From positions 42,176,841-42,240,840 of the forward strand of contig JARDVH010000073.1 in assembly GCA_030324005.1 (NCBI GenBank): DNA of 64,000 nucleotides, in the 5' to 3' direction. The notes beneath the pieces were generated by a model. The model searched no databases and was not told the origin of the DNA. It saw nothing but the letters and a program-made list of their open reading frames with translations. Source of the DNA: Negaprion brevirostris. Lineage: Eukaryota. Shown here in pieces: positions 48,333 through 62,790 of the stretch. Within the stretch, counting starts at the first letter, position 1, and the number at the start of each line of letters is the position of its first letter. A program made the position numbers and the translations under genes.

Positions 48333-48944
48333 ACACACAGCATGAAAACAAAAAACTTAGAGCAAAAAAAAACAATTTTAAAGAAATAAATTGAGAATTA
48401 AAAAAAATGAGTAATTAGTAAAATGTGCCAAACAGCTCAGCTAACTAATAGAACCTTTTTGCCTTTTCACTTAGGTGGTAGAGCTAGTGAGAGTGTTCAA
48501 GTCCTGGTCACCAGGCAAGAAAGAGGAGACCAGAGCTAATCTAAGGAGTCGGGTTTAACTAACACCAACCTTATATTTGCCTCTGGTGGTGCACATCCAA
48601 GCAAGAAATTCATACTGAAGTGGGGGTCAGAAGTGGTTTGTCTTTTCTTGGCTTGGTGTGTGCAGAGATTTTTGGGGATGGAGGAAGAAAGGGAATACAT
48701 TGCATATCCCCACACAAAGTAGCCTCTAGCCATATGAATGGCTTGCACTATCCTTGGGGTTTCTTCACAGGCATAATTGCTCTGGTCTTGGAGGCTTGGT
48801 GATTAATATCACTGAGGAAGAGTTCAGGACGACTGTGGAGATGACAAGAATTGCTTCCTTTTGGCTCGGTCTAATACTTCAGCTTCCCCAGGCCTCACCC
48901 CTTGTTGTAATGCCACCCGTACTACCTTCCGCGGGNNNNNNNNN

Positions 48945-49241
48945 NACATCCTGAGGCCTTGTTCATCATGGCCAGAGACTTCAATTAGGCCAAGCTCAAG
49001 AGTGTACTACCAAGTTACCACTAACACGTCTCCTGTTCCAGCAGAGGCCCAAACATCCCAGACCACTGCTACACAAATATCAAATGTGCCTACCGCTCTA
49101 TCACCCGCCTACACTTTGGCAAATCAGACCACAAAGCTGTGCTCCTGCTCCCAGCTTACAAGCAAAAACTGCAGTGTAAGAATCCATTAAAGAGAGTCAT
49201 GCAATGTTTGTCTGAGGAATCGGATGATTTCCTATGGAGCT
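48945..49241 (+). mobile_element. Rex1/Babar-type LINE endonuclease-region fragment
   Basis: cactttggcaaatcagaccac (HFGKSDH), LLLPAYKQKL...PLKRVMQC. Confidence 0.7.
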
Positions 49242-51154
49242 NNNNNNNNNNNNNNNNNNNNNNNNNNNNNNNNNNNNNNNNNNNNNNNNNNNNNNNNNNN
49301 NNNNNNNNNNNNNNNNNNNNNNNNNNNNNNNNNNNNNNNNNNNNNNNNNNNNNNNNNNNNNNNNNNNNNNNNNNNNNNNNNNNNNNNNNNNNNAGTACAG
49401 CCGGAAAATCCCACCCTTAATCTTCAATGTTATTTGCAAGTTAAAAATGAATTGCCAGAGTACTTTAGAATAATGATAATGCTGGAACAGATTACCTTTT
49501 GCAGGACACCCAGATGTTGAGAAAAAAAAGTATAAAAGCTCAGAAGCTGAATAAAGACATCAGTTGTAAAGATTGTATGCTGGCAACAGTGCCTTGGCAT
49601 ATCGTGACCATTCTTGTGACCTCACTGAAGCTCTTGGACTGAGAGAGTTTGTACATAGTGCAAGTTGTTTTGTTTGTCTCTACCATCTCATTCCAGATAG
49701 GCTGCATCACTGCTCTCAGTGCCTAACAGTCTTATGTGCCTCACCTCAGGAGTGTCATCTAAATCTTGGTGATTCTTTCATCTGCTGCTTTAAACTTGTG
49801 CTTCTTTCTGTGTCTTAGGAAATGGTGCTCACCTTTAATTGCCAACTTTTAAAAGGCAGCACCAGAATGAAATTTCCCTCCCTCCCACCTGCCAGGAATA
49901 GCATTGCTACTCAGTGATAGCAGTGCTTTTGTTGCAGATTAGCTTGGGTGGGTGGCATTCCCACTCCACCCTTACACTCAGGAGGAGAATTCAGCATTCC
50001 AAATCTCTGCAGCCCTTTTGTAACTAAACCAACTATAATAAAAATTCTGATAAATTCAGAAATCAATTCCTGACACATTGGGCAGGAGGGGAAGGAAGAC
50101 AAATAAGCTGGCACCAATACTGTTCAAAAAGCCCAGGAAAACTTATTTATTGTAGATTTCTAATGGACTTAACAGAACAGAAGTTAACATCGTCTAGTAT
50201 TTGACACGTGCAAAGTATTATTAAAAATAATCAAGAAGTTTAGGAGGCAACGAGAACTTTCTATTCCGACAGACACAGGAAATTGATTTCTTTTCAAAAT
50301 GACATTTTCTGTTCCTCCGCGATAATGCTACATCTCACTTCTGATATATGTACCAGATCATAAGCTTTCATTAAGTTTCCTTGCCTGAACAGAATGGAAA
50401 TGAAATGTACTGTACATTTTGTCCCTTTCACAACACTGAACCTCTTCTGATTTTCAAATTGAAGGATTCCTTTTAAAAACCTTGTTGCCACAGAGATAAA
50501 ATGCAGTTTGCTTGCAATTTGATTACCCCTGAAATGGATTTCATGAAGCACTATAGAAGATAAATAAATTGCCTGTCACTGGAGATCTATGAGAGAGAAA
50601 AAAACTACAGCATTAATATTTCAATGACAATATTTAATCTGCCATCATTAAATAATACTTCAGCAATTATTTGGCATAATATAACCATATTGTGAATGCA
50701 CTTGCATTAGTCTATTTATGGTCATGCAAATAATATTATTTTGAAAAAGTAATTATTTTAAGATACATCTCCCTTTTGATCCTCAAGAAAAATCCTTATT
50801 TCTCTGTATCTTTTTGCTTTTCACATTACAAATCAAAGGGAAGACAAAACCCTCAATGTTTACTGGCTCAGATGATGTATCAGCACCTTCCAATTCCCTG
50901 GCTCTGAAGATGCCAACCACACCAGCAAGTGTTCCTTATTTGAATTCAGGCCGTGTGTCTGCAGTGGCATCACAATGGAGCAGAATCTTATCCTCTGCCA
51001 ACATCCATAAAAGAAAATTTAAACCAGCAAAGAAAGTTTCAAATGATATTTCAGAGCACAGAGGTTTGGAGCGGTTAGTTGGTGTGCCCCACTACCAACT
51101 AATTGAAATAGGATAGCTTTCTTTAATCAATATACTCTCTCAGGGGTTACTTAA

Positions 51155-51241
51155 TAAACAACCCTACCCATAATGCCATCAATTAAACAACCCTACCCAT
51201 AATGCCATCAATTAAACAACCCTACCCATAATGCCATCAAT
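51155..51241. repeat. Perfect 29-bp tandem repeat x3
   Basis: Unit taaacaaccctacccataatgccatcaat. Confidence 0.95.
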
Positions 51242-54230
51242 TTAACTTGATGTTTAAAGACATATTTTCATTGAAAACAGGAATGTTTTGTGTAGAACAA
51301 TAGATTAATGAATATGTTAATGAGATTACAATTATATCAGGGATGCAACTATGACATTCGTAGTCAACGACTGAGCTTCTCCGAGAGAGCCAGGCGCAGC
51401 ACAGACAGTGCTCGTTATACTTTATGCTTACTATAGAGTCTTTGTGAATAGGTTGTAACAAAAGGTTTTAATTTAAGCTGTACCATGTCATGTCTGTCCA
51501 AAGGGAAGCAAAGCTTACCAAGATCTGGCTAAACCAAGATAACATGAAACCTCGCCAACCCACTAAAAACCTTCAAAGCATGGCAGCATAAGCTAATCCA
51601 CACCAAAACGTTTTGATGGTGTGTCTAAATTATATACTATCAAATGGCATATTTGAATTGATAAATTAATGTTTATATTTGAATGCAATTCATTTTGATG
51701 AGGAAACAGTAACTGAGCCTCGGTATATGAGAGACGCAAAACACCAAGAAACAGGAAAAACACTCTGATTAATAATGACTGCAACTCTGTAGTTAGCTGC
51801 ATCATGTTGCCTGGTCCAGCAAGATCAATAAACCTGATCCTTTGATAATGCTACCATCATTGATGGTTAAAAGAGAAATAATTAAACAAAACTCTTTTAA
51901 AAAGCAAAAAAGAATCCTGATGGAGAAAAGGCATTTACACTGGTTGGAAATAATTAACAATTAGCACACATCAGTAAATCACATGTGAAATGGGGAGTGT
52001 TTCATCCATGTTGCCAATGTGACACAATGGATACTTGAGTCTTTGCTACTGCTCTATAATGAAATGGTGAAAACTAATCATTTTCATATTGAGGTTTCTT
52101 GTAGACATTGAGTAACCTTGGTCTTCTGTTGCAACACTAGATATTTTAGTTCCATAAGGTGTCAACACCAAGTAGCTGGTGGTCAGCTGGTAGCAACATA
52201 AGAAGCTGGCACTCAAAACATAGGGTTTTATTTGGCCCAATTAAGTACCTCTATACACACTGCATTTCTGGTGAAGAGGTAACCATTCTCACAATTTTTG
52301 GGGACACATTCCAATACATGCTCCTTGAGATCAGGCCAGTGGCTGGTCCCTGGACCTTTTGTTACAATCTCAGTTAACATTATAACTGGCTGAACACATT
52401 CCAGAATGGAACCCTGGCTCAAAATACTGTAACCTTTGTCCTTTCTAAAATAAAAAAATGAAGGAACTGAGTCACAAGACTACTAATTAGTTTTAACCAG
52501 AAAAAAACCATCCAAATTGGGAATTGAACTTGGATCCTGCCACTGCGCTGTCGCGAAGCACACAGTGACTGTGGCTAAATACACACTCCANNNNNNNNNN
52601 NNNNNNNNNNNNNNNNNNNNNNNNNNNNNNNNNNNNNNNNNNNNNNNNNNNNNNNNNNNNNNNNNNNNNNNNNNNNNNNNNNNNNNNNNNNNNNNNNNNN
52701 NNNNNNNNNNNNNNNNNNNNNNNNNNNNNNNNNNNNNNNNNNNNNNNNNNNNNNNNNNNNNNNNNNNNNNNNNNNNNNNNNNNNNNNNNNNNNNNNNNNN
52801 NNNNNNNNNNNNNNNNNNNNNNNNNNNNNNNNNNNNNNNNNNNNNNNNNNNNNNNNNNNNNNNNNNNNNNNNNNNNNNNNNNNNNNNNNNNNNNNNNNNN
52901 NNNNNNNNNNNNNNNNNNNNNNNNNNNNNNNNNNNNNNNNNNNNNNNNNNNNNNNNNNNNNNNNNNNNNNNNNNNNNNNNNNNNNNNNNNNNNNNNNNNN
53001 NNNNNNNNNNNNNNNNNNNNNNNNNNNNNNNNNNNNNNNNNNNNCTGGGCTGTAACTTCTACTTTAGGAAAACCATATCTTTGTAACCTTCTTGGCCTGC
53101 TGAGTTCCTCCTGACAGAGTTGAGAGCCATTCAATCCCCAGTTCCTGTCTCCAACTGCTCTGGCTTCCAGCTAAAACTAACAAAGGAAAGCCCTTCCCTC
53201 TGAAAGTGGCCTCCTATTGCTAAGCAATGACTTACTTCTCTTCACTCCTGACACCGTAGCCCTTTCCAAGTTGGCTGGAACTGAACCAATGCCCACACAT
53301 AACAAACACCCCCATCCAGCATGAATCTAACTACAGGTTTTACCCTTCCATGTATGGAAACATTAAATTAAACCACTTAAAACTATACCTTATTTCTAAA
53401 GTTCACCCATACAAATATAAATTCCTTAAAACTACCTCTGTCTGTTTTCCTAACAATCTCCACACATTTGATCTTGGGTATCTTCAGATTCTTCTATTCT
53501 CACAAAGTTTTTCACCAAATTCAAATTCTCTGGCTGCAGCAGTAATTTTCCTCATTTGCAAATGTTAAGATTTTTTAGCTTGAAACCATTTTCGTACTTC
53601 TATTCTTTTCACTGTTGCATTTCTGTTTTTCTTTCACTGCATGGGGTCTTCTCATGTGGGCATGTCTTAAACTCCTGCACATCCTCTTTTAAAACATTAC
53701 TTACTTAATCCAACATGGTGACTTATAAAGTAGGATCAGGCATGCACTTCTGAAGCAAAAATTTGAGGCTGACTCCTAATGAGAGTACATCATCAATGGG
53801 AAAGGGGTGTGGGCTTAAGTATAGGTCTAAACATAAATTTTGGTATCAAAAAAAAAAACAAATTAAACTGGATTGACTTGTACATCACAATCTATGCAGT
53901 CAAACCTTTTTATAATTTATGAGTTCACTTCAGTCAGCATTTGCACTGTCAGAGCAAAGCAATATTATTCCTGGTATAGGCAGGAGAAAAACAACCCCTT
54001 TAGAAAGTGTTTTATTTTGCGTCTACAAATAGTTAGGTGCTGCTAGCAACAACCATAAAACATTGCTGCCAATCGATTTAGGTAGAGCCTGTCATTTGAC
54101 TTATACAAACCTGAACGTACAACCTGCACAATTCTTTACTGGTATCACTACAGATGTAAATTTGCACTAAGTTCTTGCGTGAATCTCCATTGTCATCAAG
54201 CACACTCCACTGTATAAACAGGTTAGGTTT

Positions 54231-54830
54231 AGAACATAAGAAATAGGAGCAGGAGTAGGCCATCTAGCCCTTCAAGCCTGCCCCGCCATTCAATAAGATC
54301 ATGGCNNNNNNNNNNNNNNNNNNNNNNNNNNNNNNNNNNNNNNNNNNNNNNNNNNNNNNNNNNNNNNNNNNNNNNNNNNNNNNNNNNNNNNNNNNNNNNN
54401 NNNNNCTATCCCCCTCGCTATAAAGGCCAGCATCCCATTCGCCTTCTTGATCACCTGCTGCACCTGCAGACTGGGTTTTTGCAACTCATGCACAAGGACC
54501 CCCAGGTCCCTCTGCACCGTAGCCTGCTGCAGCTTTTCACCCTTTCAATAATAATCCCAGCAGCCTCAGAATAATGGCCATTTAGGATTGAATGAGGAGG
54601 AATCTCTTTACCCAGAGGATGGTGAATCCTTGGCATTCTCTGCCCCAGAAGGCTACAGAAGCACAATCATTAAATTGAAGACAGAGATTGAAAGGTTTTA
54701 GACTCTATTGGCATCAAGGGATGTGGGGAAAGCACAGGAAAATGACATTAAGGTCGACAATCAGCAATGATCCAGCTGAATGGAAGAGCAGGCTTGAAGA
54801 GCTGAACGGCCTTCTTCTGCTCCTATGTTA
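54231..54830. mobile_element. Young CR1 3' fragment (-, 54231-54555) adjacent to an older CR1 tail (+, ~54570-54830)
   Basis: QRDLGVLVHELQKPSLQVQQVIKKANGMLAFIARGI; reverse-complement tail agaacataagaaataggagcagg. Confidence 0.8.
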
Positions 54831-55251
54831 AATTACACATCCATCTTTAATGTCTGCGGTTCTGAAATATACTATTAAATAAGGTTGATTTTGCAACTTT
54901 GTGCAAAACAGCTTCTGCATGTCTCTTGGCTTTCAGTAATCATAAAGAAATTACTGTGTTTAGCCTGGAAATGGATTCCAGAGCATCAACAGGAAAAGAA
55001 GAACAAGTTTAAGGTTGCAGGTGCAAAGTGGTTCAAAAATCAGAAAGGTAGCTGTCACTTGTAGCCCTGAACATTCCCCAATGGCTGGCACAGGCCAGAG
55101 AAAAGGTCCCTTTTTTTTTGTTTCAATGTGCATCCCTGGGAACAGCCCATAGAGCACAGAGTTGTGCATCACTGGACTGCTCAGGATGAACCTTGACAAA
55201 AATCACTGCATCTCCATCCGGACCTTCTAATATTCCAGTTTGGGTAGAATA

Positions 55252-55531
55252 GGGCAGCAATGTGGCACAATGGTTCGCACGGCTGCCTCATAGCTCCAGG
55301 GACCCGTGTTCCATTCCAGCCTTGGGTCAGTGTCTGTGTGGAGTTTGCACATTCTCTCCATGTCTGTGTGGGTTTCCTCCGGGTGCTCCGGTTTTCTCCC
55401 ACAGTCTGAAAGATGTGCAGATTAGATGAATTGGCAGGGTGAATGTGTGGGTAAGATGCTCATTCGAAGAATCAGTGCAGATTCAATGAGCTCAGTGGCC
55501 TCCATCTGCATTGCAGAGATAGTATGGTTCT
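55252..55531 (+). mobile_element. HE1-like V-domain SINE
   Basis: gggcagcaatgtggcacaatggttcgcacggctgcctca...gtggagtttgcacattctctcc...gggtttcctccgggtgctccggttt. Confidence 0.8.
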
Positions 55532-56164
55532 GAAACTATTTTCCAGGATATTCCACAGTAGTGGAAGCAAGATACAGTTGCGTTATTTACCCTGAAACAT
55601 TAAAGTCAGGCTGCCACCAGTGATGGCTCCAGTCCAATCACAGCATTTCATGAAGGTGGTCAACTGGGAACAGTGCTCAAATAGAGATTGCACTCATAAG
55701 TCCAGAATTACTAACGCTGAATGAAGGGATTGAGCTTAAATTATTAAATACAGAGCAAACAACAGCCAAACTGTGGGTCCCCATCATTACCAGCTCTCTA
55801 TGGATTGGATCATTTATAATAAAAACCTCTCGATGATGAAGTTAAACCGCACATCAGCTGTCCACAGTTCTTCAATTGAAACTGCATTTGTAGCTAGTTA
55901 GCTTAATTCTGTGAAATATCCCAGTCTCACTACTATTTAGTGCTTATACTTTACATTAGCAATGTCTTTTTATTAAACTGAACTTTACCTCGTGCTTGAT
56001 AGAATATAGACGTTGTGTTGTCTCATCACTATGCCCTGTTTGATGTATATACTTGGCAAAACACTTTACAACATTGGCTCTTCAAGAGTCTTTGTGCCAC
56101 TAAACATAGCCTGAGACTTCCTGTAAATTCACACGACTTGATTTGAAAGCAAGGTGCACGATAA

Positions 56165-56537
56165 GCATTTGGGGTAATGATGAGGGATGCTCTTAAGCTT
56201 GGGGCAGCTGTCACAAAATGGGGAAAGGCCACTGTTTAAAGCCTTTCAATCAAGGCAGACCGAAGGATCAGTAACTGTAAAAAACTCTCGGACTGGGTAA
56301 CTGTGCGCAACTCTGTAAAAACAGCGCACAGTGAAATGCGATGAATGTACATAGTTTAATGAAGAACTCAGAACTGCGCTGTAATGTATGTAAAGTCTTG
56401 GAACCAAACACTATAAAACATTGAAGTAAAATCGTAAATATGACTGTTTTTCATTCTTTGTAATGATTGGAAATGTCTTCTCTATAAAGTTTTTTCTTCA
56501 GATTATTTATGAATACAGTTTATTTTTGATATAAAAA
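56165..56537 (+). mobile_element. Tx1/L1-type LINE 3' end
   Basis: C-terminal remnant MRDALKLGAAVTKWGKATV* (stop ~56238-56240), AT-rich 3' UTR ending tttatgaatacagtttatttttgatataaaaa. Confidence 0.55.
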
Positions 56538-56964
56538 GCATTCAAGTAATGAATTACAAACTGTCACTGGGAACTGGACATAGCTGTTCAATTTTATGAA
56601 GCTTTCACAACTATAGTTAAAAAAAAGCTCTATGTGTGTACAAACATTTGTGTCCTTACCAAGAAAAATCCTCAGAACATTTTAAATAGGAGGCATTGAT
56701 CGAGCCCTGAGATTTGTTGGGCTGTGGTTTATTTAAATGCTGGCAATCAATGCAAGAAGTTTAAGCATAATTTTCTACATGTCAGCAATGCTGAAAACTG
56801 CCAACTCCCCTATGGTTCAGCTCTGCAAGCTGTTTGGACACAAAGCACTTTAAATATCATGCAACAAAGCTGAGCTGCAAGCTTTCAGCAAAAGCCAATA
56901 ATTATGTAACGATACACATGCTTGGCTTCATCTTGGTCAGAAATAATCTGAAGTTAGTGTTTAA

Positions 56965-57442
56965 ACATGGAGAGAGAATCTGCAGAGAAGATTTATAAAA
57001 ATGTTGCCAGGGCTAGAGACTGGATTGGTTGGGGTCATTTTTCTTGGAATAAAGAAGGCTGAGGGGTGACTTGATTAAGATGTACAAAAATTATGAGGGG
57101 AAGAGATAGGGTGGTCAGGATAAAATGGGTTCCTTTGGTAGAGAACTCTAGAACCAGGGAACATAGATTCAAGTGGCAGAAGGTGTAGAGGGGACATGAG
57201 GAAGAACTTTTTTTATGCAGAGGGTAGTGGGTGTCTGAAATTCGCTGCCTGAGTTGGTAGTGGAGGCAGAGACCCTAAACTCTTAAAAAGTACCTGGGTC
57301 TAAACCTTAAAGTGCTGTAAGCCATCAGGCTATGGGGCTGGGTGCAGGAAGGTGGGATTAGAAAGGACACCTGCATGTTCTGGGGTTGGCATGGACAGGT
57401 TGGGTCAACTGGCCTCCTTCCGTGCCAATTTCTATGGTTCTA
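56965..57442 (+). mobile_element. CR1-type LINE 3' end
   Basis: Collinear with 22960-23478. Confidence 0.8.
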
Positions 57443-57917
57443 GGGGAGATAGGCTGTATCTAATCCAAGTAAGGAAGATCTACATGTAAAATTAAGGAAT
57501 ACAGTTACGACTCATTTGAACTGGATAGATGGGAGAAGAGTAAAAAAGCAGTGCAATGAAGACTGTTCATCGGGCAGAAAGTGGGCAAAAAGATAGCTTG
57601 GGCACATAAATTGAGAGACAAATATGAAGTGGAGAGTAAGAAAAGGCAGATACTGGGACGATGTGGATATATCATTAGGAATATTAGCAATAAGATGCCA
57701 AGACTGAAAGCTCTTTAAAGTAAATGTAATTAGACTATCAAAACAATGCAAACTGTACGAGAATAGTTATAAATGGAACAATCATAGGTAGTGTGAATTT
57801 AGGGAAAAATAGAATGGCTAGAAAAGGAGTAAGTCCTACATGTCATGAATATCTGGAAAGCAAATGAAGTTGATCTTCTGGGAAATTAATTGATATACAA
57901 AGAACTAATATGCTCAG

Positions 57918-58094
57918 ACATAGAATCCCTACAGTGCAGAAGGAAGCCAAGTCTGTCCATCGAGTCTGCACCAACCACAATCCCACCCAGGCCTTATCCC
58001 CGTAACCCCACATATTTACCCTGCGAATCCCCTGACAGTAGGGTCAATTTAGCATGGCCAATCAACCTAACCTGCCCATCTTTGTATACTGTGA
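57918..58094 (-). mobile_element. HE1-like SINE 3' half
   Basis: catagaatccctacagtgcagaagg...cacaatcccacccaggcc...tagcatggccaatcaacctaacctgc. Confidence 0.75.
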
Positions 58095-58099
58095 AATAG

Positions 58100-59260
58100 G
58101 GGAGTGCCATAGACCAACAGGGAGGAGTAAAAAGCAAGGCAGCTTGCTCATGCTCCGAAGAATGTGTAATAACAGGAAAGTTACTTTAATTGACATTGTC
58201 AAATAAAGCTAAACTGGGAAAACTGCAGTGGTTCAGAGTCAGAGTTGTGAGATATAATCATTGACTGTTCTATGACCTAGTGCTTCAAAAGAAGCCACAA
58301 GAACAATTCATTTTGAGTTTGTATTTATTAATGGCTCAGAAAATGTGCAGAAACTAAAAGCTGTGGCAACCTTGGGAGTCAATGATCACAAAATGATTAA
58401 ATTTAAAAGAATCTGGGTTTAAAAAAATCCCAAGGACACAGAACCAGGCATGCACTTTTTAAAAAAAAAGGTAACATGAAAGAAACAAGAAGACTCTGTA
58501 AATTGGTTGGGATGGGGATGGGGATGGGTGGAAATGGAAGTTTGAGGGAAAGAGCTTTATGACAAAACTTGGATAAAAGGAAAAGCAGAATACCTTTAAA
58601 AGGAGTAATATTGCCAATTTAAACACTAGGCAAAGTGTTTTGCAAGGCAAAGGCATTTGATAAGGTGCCACATAAAAAAGAACCTATAGTGCTGGAGTGA
58701 TAGTGACATGGATATAGGACAGGCTAAACAGAGTCCAGGTAGAGTTCACTGTAACTTGTGGAGTGCCACACAAATCAGTGATACTTAACATCAATATTAA
58801 TAATTTGGATGACGGGACTGACTGTATTGTAGCTAAACTTGTTTTCCTATCTTCATATCATCAGCAAGTTGTGCAAAGGATACAAAAAGATGGCTCAGTG
58901 ATAGAGATGAGTTAAGGGAGTGGTCAAAAACTGGCAGACGGAATATAATGTAGGAAAAGTGAAGTTGTTCCTTTAGCAGGGAGAATACAAAAACAGAATT
59001 ATTTAAGTGGAGAGGGAATGCTGAATGCTGTGGTATATAGGGACCTGGGAGTCCTTGTACATGATTCACAAAAATTCAACACAAAAGTACACCAAGTAAT
59101 TAAGGCGGCAAATGGAATGTTGGCCTTTATTGCAAGAGGGGATGCAGAATACAAGTAGGGAAGTCTTGCTACAATTGTACAGGGCATTGGTGAGACCACA
59201 CCTAAAACTGTGCTCTTACTGGTCATTTTACTTAAGGAGGAATATACTTGCATTGGAAAC
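58100..59260 (+). mobile_element. Old CR1-type LINE ORF2 fragment
   Basis: atttgataaggtgccaca (FDKVP), gtggagtgccac, ANGMLAFIAR, REVLLQLYRALVRPHL remnants. Confidence 0.72.
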
Positions 59261-59341
59261 ATTGTACGTAAGTTTAATTTTGATAATTATTTACAATGTT
59301 TGTAGTTTAGTTTTGGGCATTACTCAAATAATAAAAGTATG

Positions 59342-59600
59342 TTTGATTTTGATTTATTGTCACATGTTTTGAGATATAGTGAAGAGTATTGTTTCTTGCG
59401 CACTATAGAGACAAAACATACTGTTCATTGAGAGCATAGGGGAGAAGGAAAGGATAGGGTGCAGAATATAGCGTTACAGTTACTGATAGGGTGAAGAGAA
59501 AGATCACCTTAATATATGGTAGGTCCAACCAAAAGTCTGACAGGGGAAAAGGTGCCCTTGATCTGGTTGGTGTGTGTTCTCAGATTTTTATATCTTTTAC
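59342..59600 (-). mobile_element. Rex1/Babar-type LINE tail
   Basis: Collinear with 34912-35160. Confidence 0.7.
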
Positions 59601-60803
59601 CCAACCCAAATGGTTTTATGCTGAATTCTGGGACAGTAGTTCATCACGTGACTTGGTCTTTGCATCCAACTCAAACTTGACAAGAGAAAAAATGTACGGC
59701 CCTTAAATCAGTAACACCATGTCAAGGCTGAACAGTACTGGTGTGGAACCTTCCATCTGCCTAGCAATTATTATCAGCCTCTAAATTCAAAGACCTATTA
59801 TGCAAAGAAAATTAAGTGTTGAAACATTTAGCCTTGTACGTTAAATTAGTGCAGTTAAACTTGTGACGTTTAAAAAAGGAAGCCACTTTCTTTCACAGTA
59901 TGTAACCACCTTTGATATTGTAAATTTAGAATTAAGTTCTCTAATTAGCTTTTATAACACTATAATTTTTTAAAATTAAAATATCGGTTACATTAACGAA
60001 TTGTATTATATTTACCACATCATCACTTCCAAGCATTGATTTTATATGTATTTCATATAAGACTGTGTTTAATTTCTATAATTTTGTAAAACGATTCCAT
60101 AATTTTTAATTGACTTTTATTAAGCACTGGCAGATACAACCAGAACATACTACAGCAAAGCAGTTCCCTGAGCAAAAAAAAAGCCTGTGTTGATGAAGTT
60201 TTATGGGACATCCTGATATCTGTAGATTAATTAGACATCTGGACTGATGAATCCACCTTTCCGATATCAAATGCAATCCAATCACAAATAAAGCAGATAC
60301 TGAAACCATCCTCACCTGACTTCTAGACATAGAACTTAAGTACTACCCACTTTATAATCTTCTTTATTAGGTTAAAGGGTTATAAACAACTTTACCACTC
60401 TACCATTTGTTTTAGAAGTAAAGTAACTCATTCCAAACAACCACACAGAAAAACATCTCCCAGCAAAATAGTCTCGAAGAACAATTAAGGATAAGGATCT
60501 GATTTTGTACCAGTTAAACAAAGTCTGAGATAATGAGCTCAAGATGTCAATCTTTGGGACATGACAGCATATTTCTCTACCCTGAACAAATGGGCAAAGA
60601 AGATATCATAAAACATTCTTTAATCTTAGCAAGTAGTAAAGAAACAAATTCTAATGAGAGGGATAGTCCCAAAAATAATTGACATCTCAGAGGGCCAGTC
60701 AGGGGAAATGGGAAATGAAATCAACAGATGGCCATCACCTTCAAGAAATTAATCAGAAACTGATCACATTTCTCCCCCTTAAGCCAATCAGGAAATAGTC
60801 TCG

Positions 60804-60907
60804 GTCTGCTGAAGGATCATCCAGACTCGAAACGTTGGCTCTCTTCTCTCCCCACAGATACTATCAGGCATGTTGAGATTTTCCAGCATTTTCTGTTTTT
60901 GTTTCAG
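60804..60907 (+). mobile_element. Second PLE-type family, solo pLTR fragment
   Basis: ctgctgaaggatcatccagactcgaaacgttggctctcttctctccccacagat...ttttccagcattttctgtttttgtttcag is homologous to 17420-17500; flanking direct repeat tcaggaaatagtctcg at 60788-60803 and 60904-60919. Confidence 0.68.
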
Positions 60908-62189
60908 GAAATAGTCTCGCCTCATTTAGGCCAATCAGGATGTAATAACATTGAGAACGCTCTGGGTTGTGGCTTGGAAAGAGTTAAGCAGCAGCAGTTT
61001 TCACTGAGCAAGCTGCACTGCAAGTTTGATACTGACGAGCCTGCTGTCCACAGAAAAGGGGTTACAGGGAGAGAACAAAGGCTAACCTCACCTTAGGCTG
61101 AATGGAAAGCAAGAGCTGCAATAAATATTCAAGTCCTGCCCTGTTAATGACATGTATTAATCTACAACTTGGTAAACATTTTCTGAGTTGTTATTTCATC
61201 AAATCTTCTTCTTTTGCCTATATGGTTGAAGTCTCAAATGAACACAATTAGAATTTAAGTTCAAATAATACCTAGAATTTACAGCAATTCAGAAAAGGCT
61301 TATAAGGCTGATCTTTGGGTCAGAGGTTAACCTATTTGGGATGTTAAGCTGGTCGAACCTATGATTAGCCAATAATTCAGAAGTAAAACAGACAAAAAAA
61401 TTACTTTGATAAGTTTTGGAGAGCAAATACGACGAGAGAAACGGAGTTAACATTTCAAGTTAGGGCTGTTTCAGTGCTGAGAGATAGGCAGAGGTTGACA
61501 TAAAGGAATTCAAACAGAAAGTTATAGAAGATCAGAACAAGAAGTTGGAAGGTGGTAACAAAAACAAAGGCCAGAGAAGAAAGAGACATTGATGGGTGGA
61601 GAGGGTTGGAGGTTACAACAAAGTCTTTGAAGACAGCTATTGAAGCACTCGGGCAGTGTGCAACAAGTAGTTAAACTAGTGGCATGCGGAGTATTAAAAA
61701 TAAGTTTTATCTTTGCATCAAGGACAAACCTGCCCCAAATGTTTACGGTTGTGATTACATTTCCCAAATTGTACAGCATATGGCAATCAAGTTTTGTCAA
61801 CTTAAAGCTGCTTGTAACATTGAAAGAACAGTCCATGCAACAATTATATCTAGTCAAACAGAACCTGGGCACAAATGGTAAATGCTCCACATATAGTTAA
61901 CGGAGAATGTTATGTAATAGTTTCAATAAATGATGGCAGAACATCCATATAGTTAGTCCCTTGAACAAAAAGAATGTAGACCAGAGATAAAATGGCATTG
62001 AGTCAGAAAGGGAGTGGCAAGGACAAACAACAAAAAGTTGAAAAGATTGAGTATAATTTTGAAGAGGCAATGTCAGAAGTATGTTGGTTGTAAGGCATGA
62101 AATAAGAGAATATATTTACTTTCCTTTACATTTATTTGCATTACCATCGTGGAACACTCCACTATCAACCAGCTAATGATTGCAATTGA

Positions 62190-62790
62190 ATAACAACTTA
62201 ACTGGATCTGGATCTGGATCAATACTGTGACTACGAGAGCAAATCAAAAGCTGGGAATTCTTCAGCGAGTAATTGACCTCTTGCCTCCCCAAAGCTTGTC
62301 CATCACCTACAAGGTTCAAGTCAGAAGTGTGATGGAATATTCTCCACTTGCCTGGTTGGGTGTAGATGCAACAATGCACAGAAGCACCCAAGACAAAACA
62401 GCTGGCTTGACTGGCACCTCATTTGCTATCTTACTTCTTCCACCATGGTGTACTGTGGCTGCAGTGCACAAGAAGTACTGCATCAACTTGCCAAGTTTCC
62501 TTCGACAGTTCCCTACCACCTGGACAGACAAGCGCAGCAAATGCATGGGGACACTGCCACCTGTGAGTTCCCCTCCAAGTCACACACCATCTGGATTTGG
62601 AAGTACATCACCGTGCCTTCAGTGTTACTGGGTTAAAATCCTGGCATTCAGTCCTGAACACATTGTGGAAGGCCTTCACCCTAAAGACCGCAGAGGTTCA
62701 AGAATATGGCTCACCATCAGCTTCTCCAGAGCAATTAGGAATGTGCAATTAATGTTGATGACATACACGTCCCACGATATAACAGAAATT
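62190..62790 (+). mobile_element. Non-LTR retrotransposon 3' end (clade uncertain; shares tail with SINE family B)
   Basis: RANQKLGILQRVIDLLPPQSLSITYKVQVRSVMEYSPLAWLG is a post-RT region; tail ggttcaagaatatggctcaccatcagcttctccagagcaattaggaatgtgcaattaatg. Confidence 0.7.

Noticed and set aside
50814-51116. 100-aa ORF as a PRR5 or other exon
   Set aside because: No similarity to PRR5 motifs I recall on either strand; non-ATG start; no convincing splice pair.
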